Shown: positions 42,689 through 52,078 of the stretch, piece after piece
Layout: each line of letters starts with the position of its first letter
Numbering within the stretch: the first letter of the stretch is position 1
NCBI GenBank assembly: GCA_016934325.1
Contig: JAFGSV010000024.1
Location: 5,306-69,305, forward strand
Source of the DNA: Candidatus Aenigmatarchaeota archaeon
GTDB taxonomy: Archaea; Aenigmatarchaeota; Aenigmatarchaeia; QMZP01; JAFGSV01
Length of the DNA: 64,000 bases
Direction of reading: 5' to 3'
Made by a program: the position numbers and the translations under genes
Notes under the pieces: model-generated
Told to the model about the DNA's origin: nothing
The model's input: the letters and a program-made list of their open reading frames with translations, nothing else
Databases searched by the model: none

Positions 42689-44952
42689 GAAGTCAGACAC
42701 AGACAAGATTGAATGACGAGTTTCTGGGTTATGACCTTGACAGGGTCCAGAGAGTCACGGGCACGGAACAGCGAATCGGCGTGAAAAGGCTGTTTCCGGA
42801 GCACGGTATGGTCTATACCCTGACGAGCAGCAGCCAGAATGGCGATTTCAACAAGCGAATCGCATCCCAGGTCGGGATATTTCCCTCATCCGAAGGGCCT
42901 CCGATAATCCTGATCATAAAGAAAAATGTGAGTATCCTGAAGAATCTTATTACCTGGATTTCGTCCATATGTGATGAGCATGACCATAAAGGAAGGCCGC
43001 ATCTTTCCAACATACCCACTCTCATAATCGATGATGAATGTGATTATGCGTCGATAAACACCAAGGAACCCGAACTGGATGAGAACGGCAATATCAATTC
43101 TGAATGGGACCCGACAAGAACCAATCTTCTTATAAGAAGGTTGCTGAATATTTTTGACAGGTGCGCGTATGTGGGTTATACGGCCACTCCATACGCGAAT
43201 ATTTTCATTCACAAAGACAGGAAGCATCCCCGATGGGGTGATGACCTTTTCCCCCGGAGTTTTATCATAAGCCTGCCCACACCGAGCAATTATATCGGCC
43301 CGGAAAGAGTCTTCGGCTTGGAAGCGGATTCTGACAGGGGTGTTGAAGAAATCGAGGCTCTTCCCCTGATCCGGTATGTTGATGATCACACCGACATTAT
43401 TCCCGACCGGCACAAGAAAACCACCGTGGTCGCTGAATTACCTGAAAGCATGAAGCACGCGATAAAGAGCTTTCTTCTGAACTGTGCTGCTAGGTCATTG
43501 CGCCGGGAAGGAACTCCGCACAACTCAATGCTGATACATGTTACCAGATTTACGGCCGTACAGGGTCTTGTGGCCGATCTTGTTGAATCGGAACTTCAGA
43601 AACTGGCAGCCAGAATAATGAGCGGTGAAAACCTTGACGACTTCAGGAAAATCTGGGAATCGGACTTCGTACCGACGACAGAAGAGATGTCGGAACGCGG
43701 GTTTGCCGATGCTGCCAAGCACTCATGGATTGATGTTCTGAACCAGCTGAACAGGACCACAAGAACGGTCAGAATCAAGGTGATTAATGGAACAGCAAGA
43801 GATTATCTCGATTACAGGGAAACCGAGCTTGCAGCCGGTGTCAGAACAGCCGCCGGGGAAGAAGTCCCGTGGGAGGAGCAGGGACTGAATGCGATAGTAA
43901 TTGGGGGTGATAAGCTTTCAAGGGGATTAACTCTTGATGGTTTGACTGTAAGCTATTATCTCCGCGCTTCGAGAATGTACGATACTCTCATGCAGATGGG
44001 AAGATGGTTCGGTTACAAGGACGGATACAGCGATCTGTGCAGAATATACACGACTTATGAACTGGCTTCTTGGTACCGGCATATTGCCAACGCAACGATG
44101 GAACTTCGTGAGGAAATAAACTATATGGCCTCTATCGGAGAGACTCCTGACAGGTTCGGTCTCAAAGTGAGGAGTCATCCCGGAAGACTCATTGTCACGT
44201 CCGCGGGGAAGTCACGAAATGCTCAGAAGATAGACCTCTCGTATGCAGGTCAGAGAAAGGCAACAATCATATTCGACAAGAACCTGCTGAAAAACAACAT
44301 GGATGCACTGGAGAAGTTGATAAAAGAGATCGAAAGATCCAAGTATACACGGGTTCGGGAGAAGAACTTCCACTGGCGGGGAGTTTCCTCCGATACTGTC
44401 ATCAACTTTCTGCATAATTACAGAATACATGATGCAGCAATAAGGGAAGTCAAACCGGAACTATTTGCGAGGTACATTGAACGTCAGGTAAAGAATAATG
44501 AACTCACACACTGGGATGTTGTACTGGTTCATAAAGAAAAGGGTCCCGGGAAAAAACCGACAGTGAATATCGGAGGGTATCAAGTGGGATCAGTCTATCG
44601 AAAGCCAGATAAGATTGACGCCGGTATAATTTCCGTTGGTACTCTCATCAACCCGCCCGACGACATGCTGGATTTTACTGATAAAGAAACTGAGAAAGCC
44701 AAGAAAGATCCTGATTGGGGCGATAAAAAAATACCTGCAAAAATCAGGACTATTGTAAAGAAATATCGTCCCAAAGACCGTGGACTTCTGCTGATATATC
44801 TGCCTTATTGTGACACTGCCGGTAAATCATACGGCGGTCAGGGTGAGGAAGTTGTCGCCTTCGGGATAAGCTTCCCTGAAAGCCCCACGGCTGTTCCCAT
44901 TCAATATGTTGTCAATCCTGACGTATATTCGGTCGATAACGGGAGTCAATAG
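42505..44952 (+). CDS. Z1-domain P-loop ATPase
   Basis: Walker A and context are GMVMGNVQSGKTANYTALITKAADAGYKLFIVLAGVHNSLRSQTQTRL. The Z1 signature is GGDKLSRGLTLDGLTVSYYLRASRMYDTLMQMGRWFGYKDGYSDLCRIY. The N-terminus is unclear. The track start is GTG at 42505, and the first ATG before the P-loop is at 42571. Confidence 0.8.
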   Translation: MCHRRREVHARQRRDGEWDRRGMVMGNVQSGKTANYTALITKAADAGYKLFIVLAGVHNSLRSQTQTRLNDEFLGYDLDRVQRVTGTEQRIGVKRLFPEHGMVYTLTSSSQNGDFNKRIASQVGIFPSSEGPPIILIIKKNVSILKNLITWISSICDEHDHKGRPHLSNIPTLIIDDECDYASINTKEPELDENGNINSEWDPTRTNLLIRRLLNIFDRCAYVGYTATPYANIFIHKDRKHPRWGDDLFPRSFIISLPTPSNYIGPERVFGLEADSDRGVEEIEALPLIRYVDDHTDIIPDRHKKTTVVAELPESMKHAIKSFLLNCAARSLRREGTPHNSMLIHVTRFTAVQGLVADLVESELQKLAARIMSGENLDDFRKIWESDFVPTTEEMSERGFADAAKHSWIDVLNQLNRTTRTVRIKVINGTARDYLDYRETELAAGVRTAAGEEVPWEEQGLNAIVIGGDKLSRGLTLDGLTVSYYLRASRMYDTLMQMGRWFGYKDGYSDLCRIYTTYELASWYRHIANATMELREEINYMASIGETPDRFGLKVRSHPGRLIVTSAGKSRNAQKIDLSYAGQRKATIIFDKNLLKNNMDALEKLIKEIERSKYTRVREKNFHWRGVSSDTVINFLHNYRIHDAAIREVKPELFARYIERQVKNNELTHWDVVLVHKEKGPGKKPTVNIGGYQVGSVYRKPDKIDAGIISVGTLINPPDDMLDFTDKETEKAKKDPDWGDKKIPAKIRTIVKKYRPKDRGLLLIYLPYCDTAGKSYGGQGEEVVAFGISFPESPTAVPIQYVVNPDVYSVDNGSQ

Positions 44953-44961
44953 GGAAGTGTA

Positions 44962-45966
44962 ATGATGAAATATGACTTAGAAAAGATATGGGCTTTACTT
45001 GAGGGAGGAATTGAACCCGCAGAATCCAGCCACAACCGGGTGTATAGAAGACTTGATTCCGATAAGGAAACGGGAATCCGGCTCGGTGTTGTCACGCCCG
45101 GTAAAGTCCGGGAGATACTTGTACAGATAGACAGGAAGCAGCAAAAGTCTTTCTCGCCCCCTAAATGGACGGGGATGAGATTTGAAATAATATCACTGGA
45201 TATTCCAAAGAGAACACCTCACATAAGGCTCTTTCTTGCCAACAGGGAACACAAGACCGTATTCTCAACCGTCTGTCATGATATGGTCAATACGCTGCTG
45301 AAGGTCCGAGCTCCCGCTCTTCGGGGCGAGGAATTACAGAACTGTATTGAAAGATGGAGTAGCTTCTTCAGGAAATACGGTGCTGAAGGACTGTCACCGG
45401 AGATGCAACGGGGCCTCTTTGGGGAACTCACGTGGCTCGAGCTGCTGCTCTCCCGGAATATGAATGCGACGGCCGCCGTCAAATCGTGGAAGGGCTGCAG
45501 ACGAAATTTTCATGATTTTCAATACGGGGACAGGGTCGTTGAAGTAAAGACGACCATCAGAAAAGAGCCCCGCAAGGTGCGTATCAACAATGAAAGGCAG
45601 CTCGACAATCGTGGATTCAGCTCACTGTACCTTTTCATATTAACCCTTCAAAAACTTGAATCCGGAGGCCGGACGCTTCCGGGGCTGGTAGATGAAATCA
45701 GGGATGTGATCGGGAATGACAGATCGGCCGAGAATCTGTTCGAGATTGCACTCAGGGACGCCGGATTTCTTGACGCTCACGTTTCCCTTTATACAGATGG
45801 ATACAGGATTATCAAACAGGAGATTTTTGACGTGAAAAGCGGATTCCCCAGAGTTATTGAAGTTCCAAAAGGTGTGGGAGATATTGCATATACGGTGACG
45901 GTCTCGGCATGCTCCGATTTTGAATTGAAGTTTGATGATGCGGTGGATAATTTCGTGGGAACGTGA
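44962..45966 (+). CDS. PD-(D/E)xK-motif protein (DUF4420-like), the usual partner of Z1/AIPR genes
   Basis: 334 aa. The nuclease-like core is FHDFQYGDRVVEVKTT. It sits in the position typical of Z1-AIPR clusters. Confidence 0.65.
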   Translation: MMKYDLEKIWALLEGGIEPAESSHNRVYRRLDSDKETGIRLGVVTPGKVREILVQIDRKQQKSFSPPKWTGMRFEIISLDIPKRTPHIRLFLANREHKTVFSTVCHDMVNTLLKVRAPALRGEELQNCIERWSSFFRKYGAEGLSPEMQRGLFGELTWLELLLSRNMNATAAVKSWKGCRRNFHDFQYGDRVVEVKTTIRKEPRKVRINNERQLDNRGFSSLYLFILTLQKLESGGRTLPGLVDEIRDVIGNDRSAENLFEIALRDAGFLDAHVSLYTDGYRIIKQEIFDVKSGFPRVIEVPKGVGDIAYTVTVSACSDFELKFDDAVDNFVGT

Positions 45967-47984
45967 ACCTGATGGGCGATCTTAAAGAGGCTTCAGAGAG
46001 ATTTCATTCTGATATCAGCACAACGGCTCTCGAACTTGACCTGTTAAAAGAACACAAGTTTGTTGAGGATGTTGGTGAAATCCTTGTGGACGCGGGGGAG
46101 CTTGAAGACTGCGTCAGGTGTTCATATCAGGGACGGGGGACCAAGGTTGACGGGTATTTCTATGACGCAGAATTTGACGTTCTATACTTGATCGTGTCCC
46201 ACTGGATAGATGAGACCGATCCGGCAAAATCAAGAGTCGCACCCGGGGAAATAGACAAGATATTTAAAAGATGCGAAAACTTTTTCAGCCGTAGCCTTAA
46301 GCAACTGTTCAGTAAAATAGAGATTGCCAATGAGGCTCATGACCTCGCCCATCTCATATACGAAACGAAAAAGGAAATCACCGCCGTTAAAATATTCCTG
46401 GTCACCGATGGCATATGTCCCAAAAGACATGCGGAAGTTGTTGATATAGACGGCATAGAGGTTACCAGAGTAATATGGGACATCGAGCGAATTCTGACGT
46501 TCACGGAAACCGGCGAGCGAGAGCCCATAATCATTGATTTTACAGAAAATGGTGGCCCCATTCCGTGTCTGGTGGAAAACACAGAAGATAAGAGATACAC
46601 GGTTTATCTGGCATATATTACAGGACAGGCTCTTGCAGATATGTATTCAAGGTGGGGAACGAGACTGCTTGATATGAATGTAAGAGTCTTTCTGTCCGCA
46701 CGGGGCAAGGTGAACAAGGGAATCAGGGAGACTATTGTTAACGAACCAGACATGTTCTGCGCTTACAACAACGGAATAACGGTTTTTGCCAGGGAAATAG
46801 ATTATACATCTCTGGATAACGGTCTTGTCGGGATATCAAAGGCCACGGGCTTCCAGATAGTTAACGGCGGTCAGACAGTTGCTTCTCTCTACCATGCGAG
46901 CAAGAAGCAGAAAGCACAATTATCCCAGATATCGGTTCAGATGAAACTCATTGTTGTTAATAACAGGGATGATATTGAAAAGCTTGTACCCAGAATAAGC
47001 GAGTATTCGAATACACAGAACAAGGTCAGTATGGCGGATTTATCTGCAAACGATCCACCTCATCCGGAATTGCACGAGATATCGAAACGCCTGAAGGCAC
47101 CCGATCCGACAGGAGGATCCCGGCAGACTTACTGGTTCTACGAGAAAGCACGCGGCAGCTATGAGGAGACAAAAAGACTTGAGGCAAAAACCCCGGCCAA
47201 AAGAAGAGAGTTCGAGGCCCTGTATCCAAAGAAACAGCGATTTGATAAAAGTCTTTTCGGGAAATCCTGGAATACGTATCTGAGAAAGCCTCATACAGTG
47301 AGTCTTGGTGCTCAGAAAAATTTCGCAAATTTTAACATGTGGCTCAAAGAACAAAAGGAAGAGGATCTGAATGAGTTTTTTAAGAAAACGGTGGCGCTGG
47401 TTTTATTGTGGAAAAATGCCGAACGGATTGTCCGAAAGCAACCTTTCGAAGGATACAGGCACAACATTGTGACATACACACTTGCCTGGATATTCGAGTT
47501 ATCAGACAGCAGAATCGACCTGGCCAAAATCTGGAGAGAGCAGGTTATACATGAAAAGATAAACGATGCAGTTGAGGAAATGTCTTTGATTGTTAATGAA
47601 CACATAAGGAAAACTGACAAAAACGTCACGGAATGGTGCAAGAGCGAAGACTGCTGGAAAAAGCTTCTGGATAAAGATTATCAACTCCCCAAAGGTATAG
47701 AAGACGCTTATATAGCGCCTGGTTCGAAAATAGACGTTTATGATCCAAGAATCAGGGAGGAGGTAGAGGTTATCGAATTCTGCAAATCAAAGGGATCTCA
47801 AGCCTGGTGGGATCTGGCAAAATGGCTGAAGGATAGACAGTTTTTGTCCGCCAAAGCAAGAAGTCAGTGCGGTAATATGGGTAAAGCACTTGGAAGGGGG
47901 AAAGACCCAAGTTATTTCCTCTCCAAGGCGTGCAAGAAAGCGTGGGAGGATGCTGAAGTCAGGGGCTGGTCCCCAAATGATTAA
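45963..47984 (+). CDS. AIPR (abortive-infection phage-resistance) family protein
   Basis: 673 aa. The family-type motif is GFQIVNGGQTVASLYHA. It overlaps the upstream gene by 4 nt. Confidence 0.8.
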   Translation: MNLMGDLKEASERFHSDISTTALELDLLKEHKFVEDVGEILVDAGELEDCVRCSYQGRGTKVDGYFYDAEFDVLYLIVSHWIDETDPAKSRVAPGEIDKIFKRCENFFSRSLKQLFSKIEIANEAHDLAHLIYETKKEITAVKIFLVTDGICPKRHAEVVDIDGIEVTRVIWDIERILTFTETGEREPIIIDFTENGGPIPCLVENTEDKRYTVYLAYITGQALADMYSRWGTRLLDMNVRVFLSARGKVNKGIRETIVNEPDMFCAYNNGITVFAREIDYTSLDNGLVGISKATGFQIVNGGQTVASLYHASKKQKAQLSQISVQMKLIVVNNRDDIEKLVPRISEYSNTQNKVSMADLSANDPPHPELHEISKRLKAPDPTGGSRQTYWFYEKARGSYEETKRLEAKTPAKRREFEALYPKKQRFDKSLFGKSWNTYLRKPHTVSLGAQKNFANFNMWLKEQKEEDLNEFFKKTVALVLLWKNAERIVRKQPFEGYRHNIVTYTLAWIFELSDSRIDLAKIWREQVIHEKINDAVEEMSLIVNEHIRKTDKNVTEWCKSEDCWKKLLDKDYQLPKGIEDAYIAPGSKIDVYDPRIREEVEVIEFCKSKGSQAWWDLAKWLKDRQFLSAKARSQCGNMGKALGRGKDPSYFLSKACKKAWEDAEVRGWSPND

Positions 47985-48078
47985 TTAACGGCATAAGATT
48001 GAAGTAAGCTTTAAGAATGTGTGTCCTACAATCTGGAATATGCCATACGGCCTATTCCGAAATAATTGGAGAAATACC

Positions 48079-48276
48079 ATGAATGAATATCAGGCCAGTC
48101 GAATTGCTGAAGTCCTCGGCGGTGAACCATGGCAATCAGGAGGAGATATATGGCTGGTGATGAATTACCGGCAGGACGGTAAGCTCGTAGTCATATCTGA
48201 TGATGTTATATGCCTGTATGATAATCAAGAATGTTTTGATAGTGCGGAGCCTACGACATCGATTCTTCTCAGATAG
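48079..48276 (+). CDS. Small hypothetical protein
   Basis: 65 aa from MNEYQASRIAEVLGG, preceded by GGAGAAATACC. No family was recognised. Confidence 0.3.
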   Translation: MNEYQASRIAEVLGGEPWQSGGDIWLVMNYRQDGKLVVISDDVICLYDNQECFDSAEPTTSILLR

Positions 48277-48312
48277 CAACCGGGATTAGGACATCCAAAT
48301 CCGTTCTATCGA

Positions 48313-49110
48313 TTACCACTTCTCGCACATTCCCTGATAGCCGCAAATCCCGCACATATAGCCCTCGTTCGGATAATAGACGCCTGAGTTGATGGCGTTC
48401 TCGACCTGTCCGGCGAGGCGTGAGAAGCGGTCTATGTCGGCCTGGGTTCGCGTTCCGTATAACTGCTGGATCTTCGGCTGCTTGTTCCTGACCATCACGT
48501 CGAGCCTGACGCCGCTTTCTTCCTCCCCGTAAAGCGTGCGGAAGGCCAGCGAATAGGCCGTGAGCTGGACGTCCTTCTCCGCTGTATTCTCCGGGAAACT
48601 TCTCTTCGTTGTCTTGTGGTCTATGATGCATGCCTGGTCGTCGATGAGGTCGATGTAGCCTTTCAATGGAAGCCGCGTTCCCGGCGTCTCGATCAGGAAT
48701 TCGCGTTCGACCTCGATTGGCTGGACGCCCGGAGCGATCTGGTCGAAGTATGCCTTAAGGAGGCCAACGCCATCGTCTTTGAACTGACCTGGTTTTTCAC
48801 CTTTCGCGAACTCCGTTTCCCTGGCTTCCCGGTCCCAGTATTCGCTGAAAAGCTCGCTGATGTGGTCAATGATGATGTCATGTCCGGTCTTCATCTTCTG
48901 CTTGTAGTTATCGTTCAGGGTCTGATGGATCGTCCTGCCAAGGGTCAGGTCGCCCGTCGGCGGTGATTTCAGACCGCATACGTACCTGAAGAAGTATTGA
49001 AGCGGACAGCGAAGGTACATCTTGAGCTGGGAGACTGACAGGTGGGGCATTATCGTGGTTGCCGTCCCCACCTGCCTGTCCGAAGAGATTTCACTGACTG
49101 CCTCTGCCAT
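48313..49110 (-). CDS. Cas4/RecB-like PD-(D/E)xK exonuclease with a four-Cys cluster
   Basis: The N-terminal Cys context is SVSQLKMYLRCPLQYFF. The nuclease core is GYIDLIDDQACIIDHKT. The C-terminus is CGICGYQGMC. There is no CRISPR array or other cas gene nearby. Confidence 0.75.
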   Translation of the reverse strand: MAEAVSEISSDRQVGTATTIMPHLSVSQLKMYLRCPLQYFFRYVCGLKSPPTGDLTLGRTIHQTLNDNYKQKMKTGHDIIIDHISELFSEYWDREARETEFAKGEKPGQFKDDGVGLLKAYFDQIAPGVQPIEVEREFLIETPGTRLPLKGYIDLIDDQACIIDHKTTKRSFPENTAEKDVQLTAYSLAFRTLYGEEESGVRLDVMVRNKQPKIQQLYGTRTQADIDRFSRLAGQVENAINSGVYYPNEGYMCGICGYQGMCEKW

Positions 49111-49525
49111 GGTTCCCCCCGCCGTTCTGCTGTGCCGGAGCGTCCGGCTCGCCCTCGAAGACGTAGCGTTCGAAGAATCTTGCCGTCTCTATGGTCAGAT
49201 CCTTCTTGGCTTCGGGGTCAAGCTGCACGGGTGCGAGGATCTCGCTGGCGGATTTCAGGCACGACATCCTCGCGATCTGCCTGTCCTTGCCGTTTGGCCG
49301 GTACTGCGGCTGACCGTTGCCGTTGCCGTCGACGGGCTCTACGTCCGTCATGTTCTTGAAGTTCCCGCTCTGCTTGTAGTCGAAGTCGACGGTGACTCCT
49401 TCCTGCAGCGTGTCGAAGTACTTGTCGTCCCAGACGCTGTATCGCTCTCCCCCGACCTGGACGGTCAGGTATTTCTGTCCCTTTCTGCTTTCGTTCTCCC
49501 AGACCTGTTCTATCATCCCTCTCAT
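49091..49525 (-). CDS. Hypothetical protein with an OB-fold-like N-terminus
   Basis: 144 aa (IEQVWENESRKGQKYLTVQVGGERYSVWDDKYF...). It has a Gly/Asn/Gln-rich linker and an acidic, Gly-rich tail. It overlaps the Cas4-like gene by 20 nt. Confidence 0.45.
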   Translation of the reverse strand: MRGMIEQVWENESRKGQKYLTVQVGGERYSVWDDKYFDTLQEGVTVDFDYKQSGNFKNMTDVEPVDGNGNGQPQYRPNGKDRQIARMSCLKSASEILAPVQLDPEAKKDLTIETARFFERYVFEGEPDAPAQQNGGGNHGRGSQ

Positions 49526-49553
49526 ACTGTACCTCCAATTTTATTCAAGGCAG

Positions 49554-49739
49554 CTACACGATGTCCGCCGCGTCTTCCAGTATCGCCTTGGGGCAGAAGC
49601 GGCGGCACCGCTTCACCTCTTTTGAGGAAGGTATCTTCTTCAGCACGGCACACCATACGCCCCTGCCGTTTTCGATACCGCAGATGCACTCGGTGCACTT
49701 AAGCTGGGAAGAGCCTTCCGGTCTGTAGCTGCCTGACAT
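49554..49739 (-). CDS. Small Cys-rich protein (possible zinc ribbon)
   Basis: 61 aa with CTECIC...WC...CRRFC. It is co-directional with the two genes downstream. Confidence 0.3.
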   Translation of the reverse strand: MSGSYRPEGSSQLKCTECICGIENGRGVWCAVLKKIPSSKEVKRCRRFCPKAILEDAADIV

Positions 49740-49809
49740 TACATGAGGTATCTCAGTTCGTCATTTTAGGGTAATGGACAGAGATATTGCGGTTTGTGCG
49801 ATTAAGATA

Positions 49810-50697
49810 CTATTCAAGAAGTGAATCACCATAACTTGATTTCAACTGCTCCCACCAAGTCGATAAATCCTGTTGTGAAGGAAATTGTGTAATCTGGATT
49901 CTATCTGAACATCCAAAAAACGGTTTACGTGCCGCCTCACACCATTGTTCTGTTCCAATAGTTCCATTGCCTTCAAGATTGAGCTTAACATATTCAAGAG
50001 TGTCCCGGTCTGCTGCAAATATGGATTTATCTGCCCATGCAGCTAGAAATGTGTTCACTTGACCAAGTGTAAGGTTTCGACATCGTTCTGTTGCCTCCTG
50101 GCGGCCTCCAAAGATGATGTGGTGCTTAGAAAGAGGTACCATCAAGACCGTACCTCCCCGTAGGAGGCCGTTTGTTTGACAAACAGGATTGTCAGTGATA
50201 ACAATGTAACATTCGTCAGGGAAGACCTTCATTTTCCATCGAAAGTCTGCTCTTGTCAGAATGTCTTGCCATTCGGTAAACCAGTTGGACCTGAATTCGT
50301 TGGCTAATAAAGACACTAATGCATCAAGAGTCTCGTTTTCTCTTTGGGCAATCGCTTTTGCTATGCATATGAAAGCGTTTGTACGGCAGAGCATAGCGGC
50401 AACCCAGTCCACCAATGCCGCACCCCCCTCACCAGAGAGTTCTCTCGTATTTCCGTGATCGACTATAGATGGGTAGTACCTTGCAAAGTTTTGTTCAATT
50501 GGTATAAGCAAGTCAGAATCAAGGTTTGAAACCAGGTCGAGGTAATAATTGTCAATATAAAGAATACGCCTGGGTGACCGACGACGAGTACATATTCTAA
50601 AACTCGGCTTGTGAAGTTCGATGACTTTGTCGTCTTCACCTGTAAACTTTTTTATCATCATTTGAGGAATCAGATGCTGGCGATTTCCTGCTGGCAT
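49810..50697 (-). CDS. DUF4238-like protein
   Basis: I prefer the start MPAGNRQHLIPQMMIKKF, which fits the H-x-[IV]-P-Q..[LI]..F N-terminal signature of the family. The track ORF extends to 50748. Confidence 0.55.
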   Translation of the reverse strand: MPAGNRQHLIPQMMIKKFTGEDDKVIELHKPSFRICTRRRSPRRILYIDNYYLDLVSNLDSDLLIPIEQNFARYYPSIVDHGNTRELSGEGGAALVDWVAAMLCRTNAFICIAKAIAQRENETLDALVSLLANEFRSNWFTEWQDILTRADFRWKMKVFPDECYIVITDNPVCQTNGLLRGGTVLMVPLSKHHIIFGGRQEATERCRNLTLGQVNTFLAAWADKSIFAADRDTLEYVKLNLEGNGTIGTEQWCEAARKPFFGCSDRIQITQFPSQQDLSTWWEQLKSSYGDSLLE

Positions 50698-50841
50698 TGC
50701 AGATTCTCTCCTAATGTGGTTTATATTGCCTTCTATTGAAATCGGCATATTATGAACTTGATATTAAACTATCAGGTGAAAAAGAGGCAAAATTCTTTTC
50801 AAAATGTCTGAGGGGACGATTTTTACAGTAAAAGATATGAG

Positions 50842-52020
50842 TTATAATTGAGCAAGTTTCCTTTTGAGAACTTCCCGGAATTCCTGATCTTGAATAAGCC
50901 TGTCCATCATTTCATCGGCTTTCTTTCTGTCGAGCTCTTTCTGAACGATTGCGTTCGCTGTTTCCTCATCCAGGACTGTCCCGCACCTGCTGCAGAATCT
51001 GTGGCCTGGTGGATTCGAGTGCTTGCACCTCGGACAGTCCATGATTGTGAATTTGTTGTTGCTCTCGTCTTCCTTGGGGATTGGCTTGTTATGCATCTTA
51101 AGCAGAGCGTTGTCTATGTCACGCCCTGAAAGATGCACGTAGGTCGAGGCCATGTCCGATCCCTGGACCCATCCGAAGTACTCATTCATCTGGGCCTCTG
51201 TGAGACAAGTGGCAAGATGTGTCGCCCTGCTATGGCGGAAGTTGTGCGGGTTCACGGATTTTTCAATCTGTGCCCTGCGGGCTGCGTTTTTGAGAATCGT
51301 GTGAGCCTGGGTGTATGCTATCCGGTTCACATTGGAATGGCTCGTTATCCACAACGGTGCTGCAGGATTACGCCGTCTTGGATGCTCATTGAGCCAGTCC
51401 GTCACGTACTGTGCACACGCAATCAGCAGCAGACGCCTCGGACCGGTCTTTCCATTGACGCTGATTTGAAAACCATGGGGATGCTGATTTATGTGCCTGA
51501 TCTGCATGCCGAGGACTTCTCCTATCCTGCAGCCGCTCTCATAGAGCATTGCAATAAACGCCCTGTCCCGGGTGCTCATGGCTGCGGCTATCATGGCATG
51601 AATCTCCTCCTGGGTGAGCAGCTCCTCCGGCAATTTCCGGTGGCGGTTTGTGAATCCCGTCTTGATCCATCTGACCTCGTGCGGATACTCTTCCGTGCCT
51701 CTCAGCCAGCGGAAGAACTTCTTCAGGGTGACTCGGACGTCATGCTTGGTCCAGTCCGAGTAATCGGACCGCTCTATCTTCCTCACGAGTTCCTGGATGT
51801 CTTCGCGATTGCATCTTCGAAAGTCCTTTCCGAGCTGATTGTCGATTGCACGGAGCGTGTATATGTATTTGATTACCCGCCTGATTCCGAGGCCTTCAGA
51901 AAAGCAGAAGTCTGAGAACTTGAGGATGGCTCTCTTGTTCTCAGGGTATTCCTTCGATGCACGGAGCTGCTTATGGAGCCTGGCAAGCCTTCTTTCGAAC
52001 TCTTCTTTCTCATCCGGCAT
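50842..52020 (-). CDS. Tyrosine integrase (full length, with a C-terminal zinc ribbon)
   Basis: The catalytic residues are the Arg in ESGCRIGEVL, H-x-x-R in HNFRHSRATHLA, and the Tyr in MASTYVHLSGRD. It has an N-terminal core-binding-like domain and a CPRC...CSRC ribbon. It starts 60 nt from the tRNA 3' end. Confidence 0.9.
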   Translation of the reverse strand: MPDEKEEFERRLARLHKQLRASKEYPENKRAILKFSDFCFSEGLGIRRVIKYIYTLRAIDNQLGKDFRRCNREDIQELVRKIERSDYSDWTKHDVRVTLKKFFRWLRGTEEYPHEVRWIKTGFTNRHRKLPEELLTQEEIHAMIAAAMSTRDRAFIAMLYESGCRIGEVLGMQIRHINQHPHGFQISVNGKTGPRRLLLIACAQYVTDWLNEHPRRRNPAAPLWITSHSNVNRIAYTQAHTILKNAARRAQIEKSVNPHNFRHSRATHLATCLTEAQMNEYFGWVQGSDMASTYVHLSGRDIDNALLKMHNKPIPKEDESNNKFTIMDCPRCKHSNPPGHRFCSRCGTVLDEETANAIVQKELDRKKADEMMDRLIQDQEFREVLKRKLAQL

Positions 52021-52078
52021 GAGTGATAACCTACGGGGTGCTTTAAGAGGGTTATGTAGGCATCACGCTTTTAAGGTC

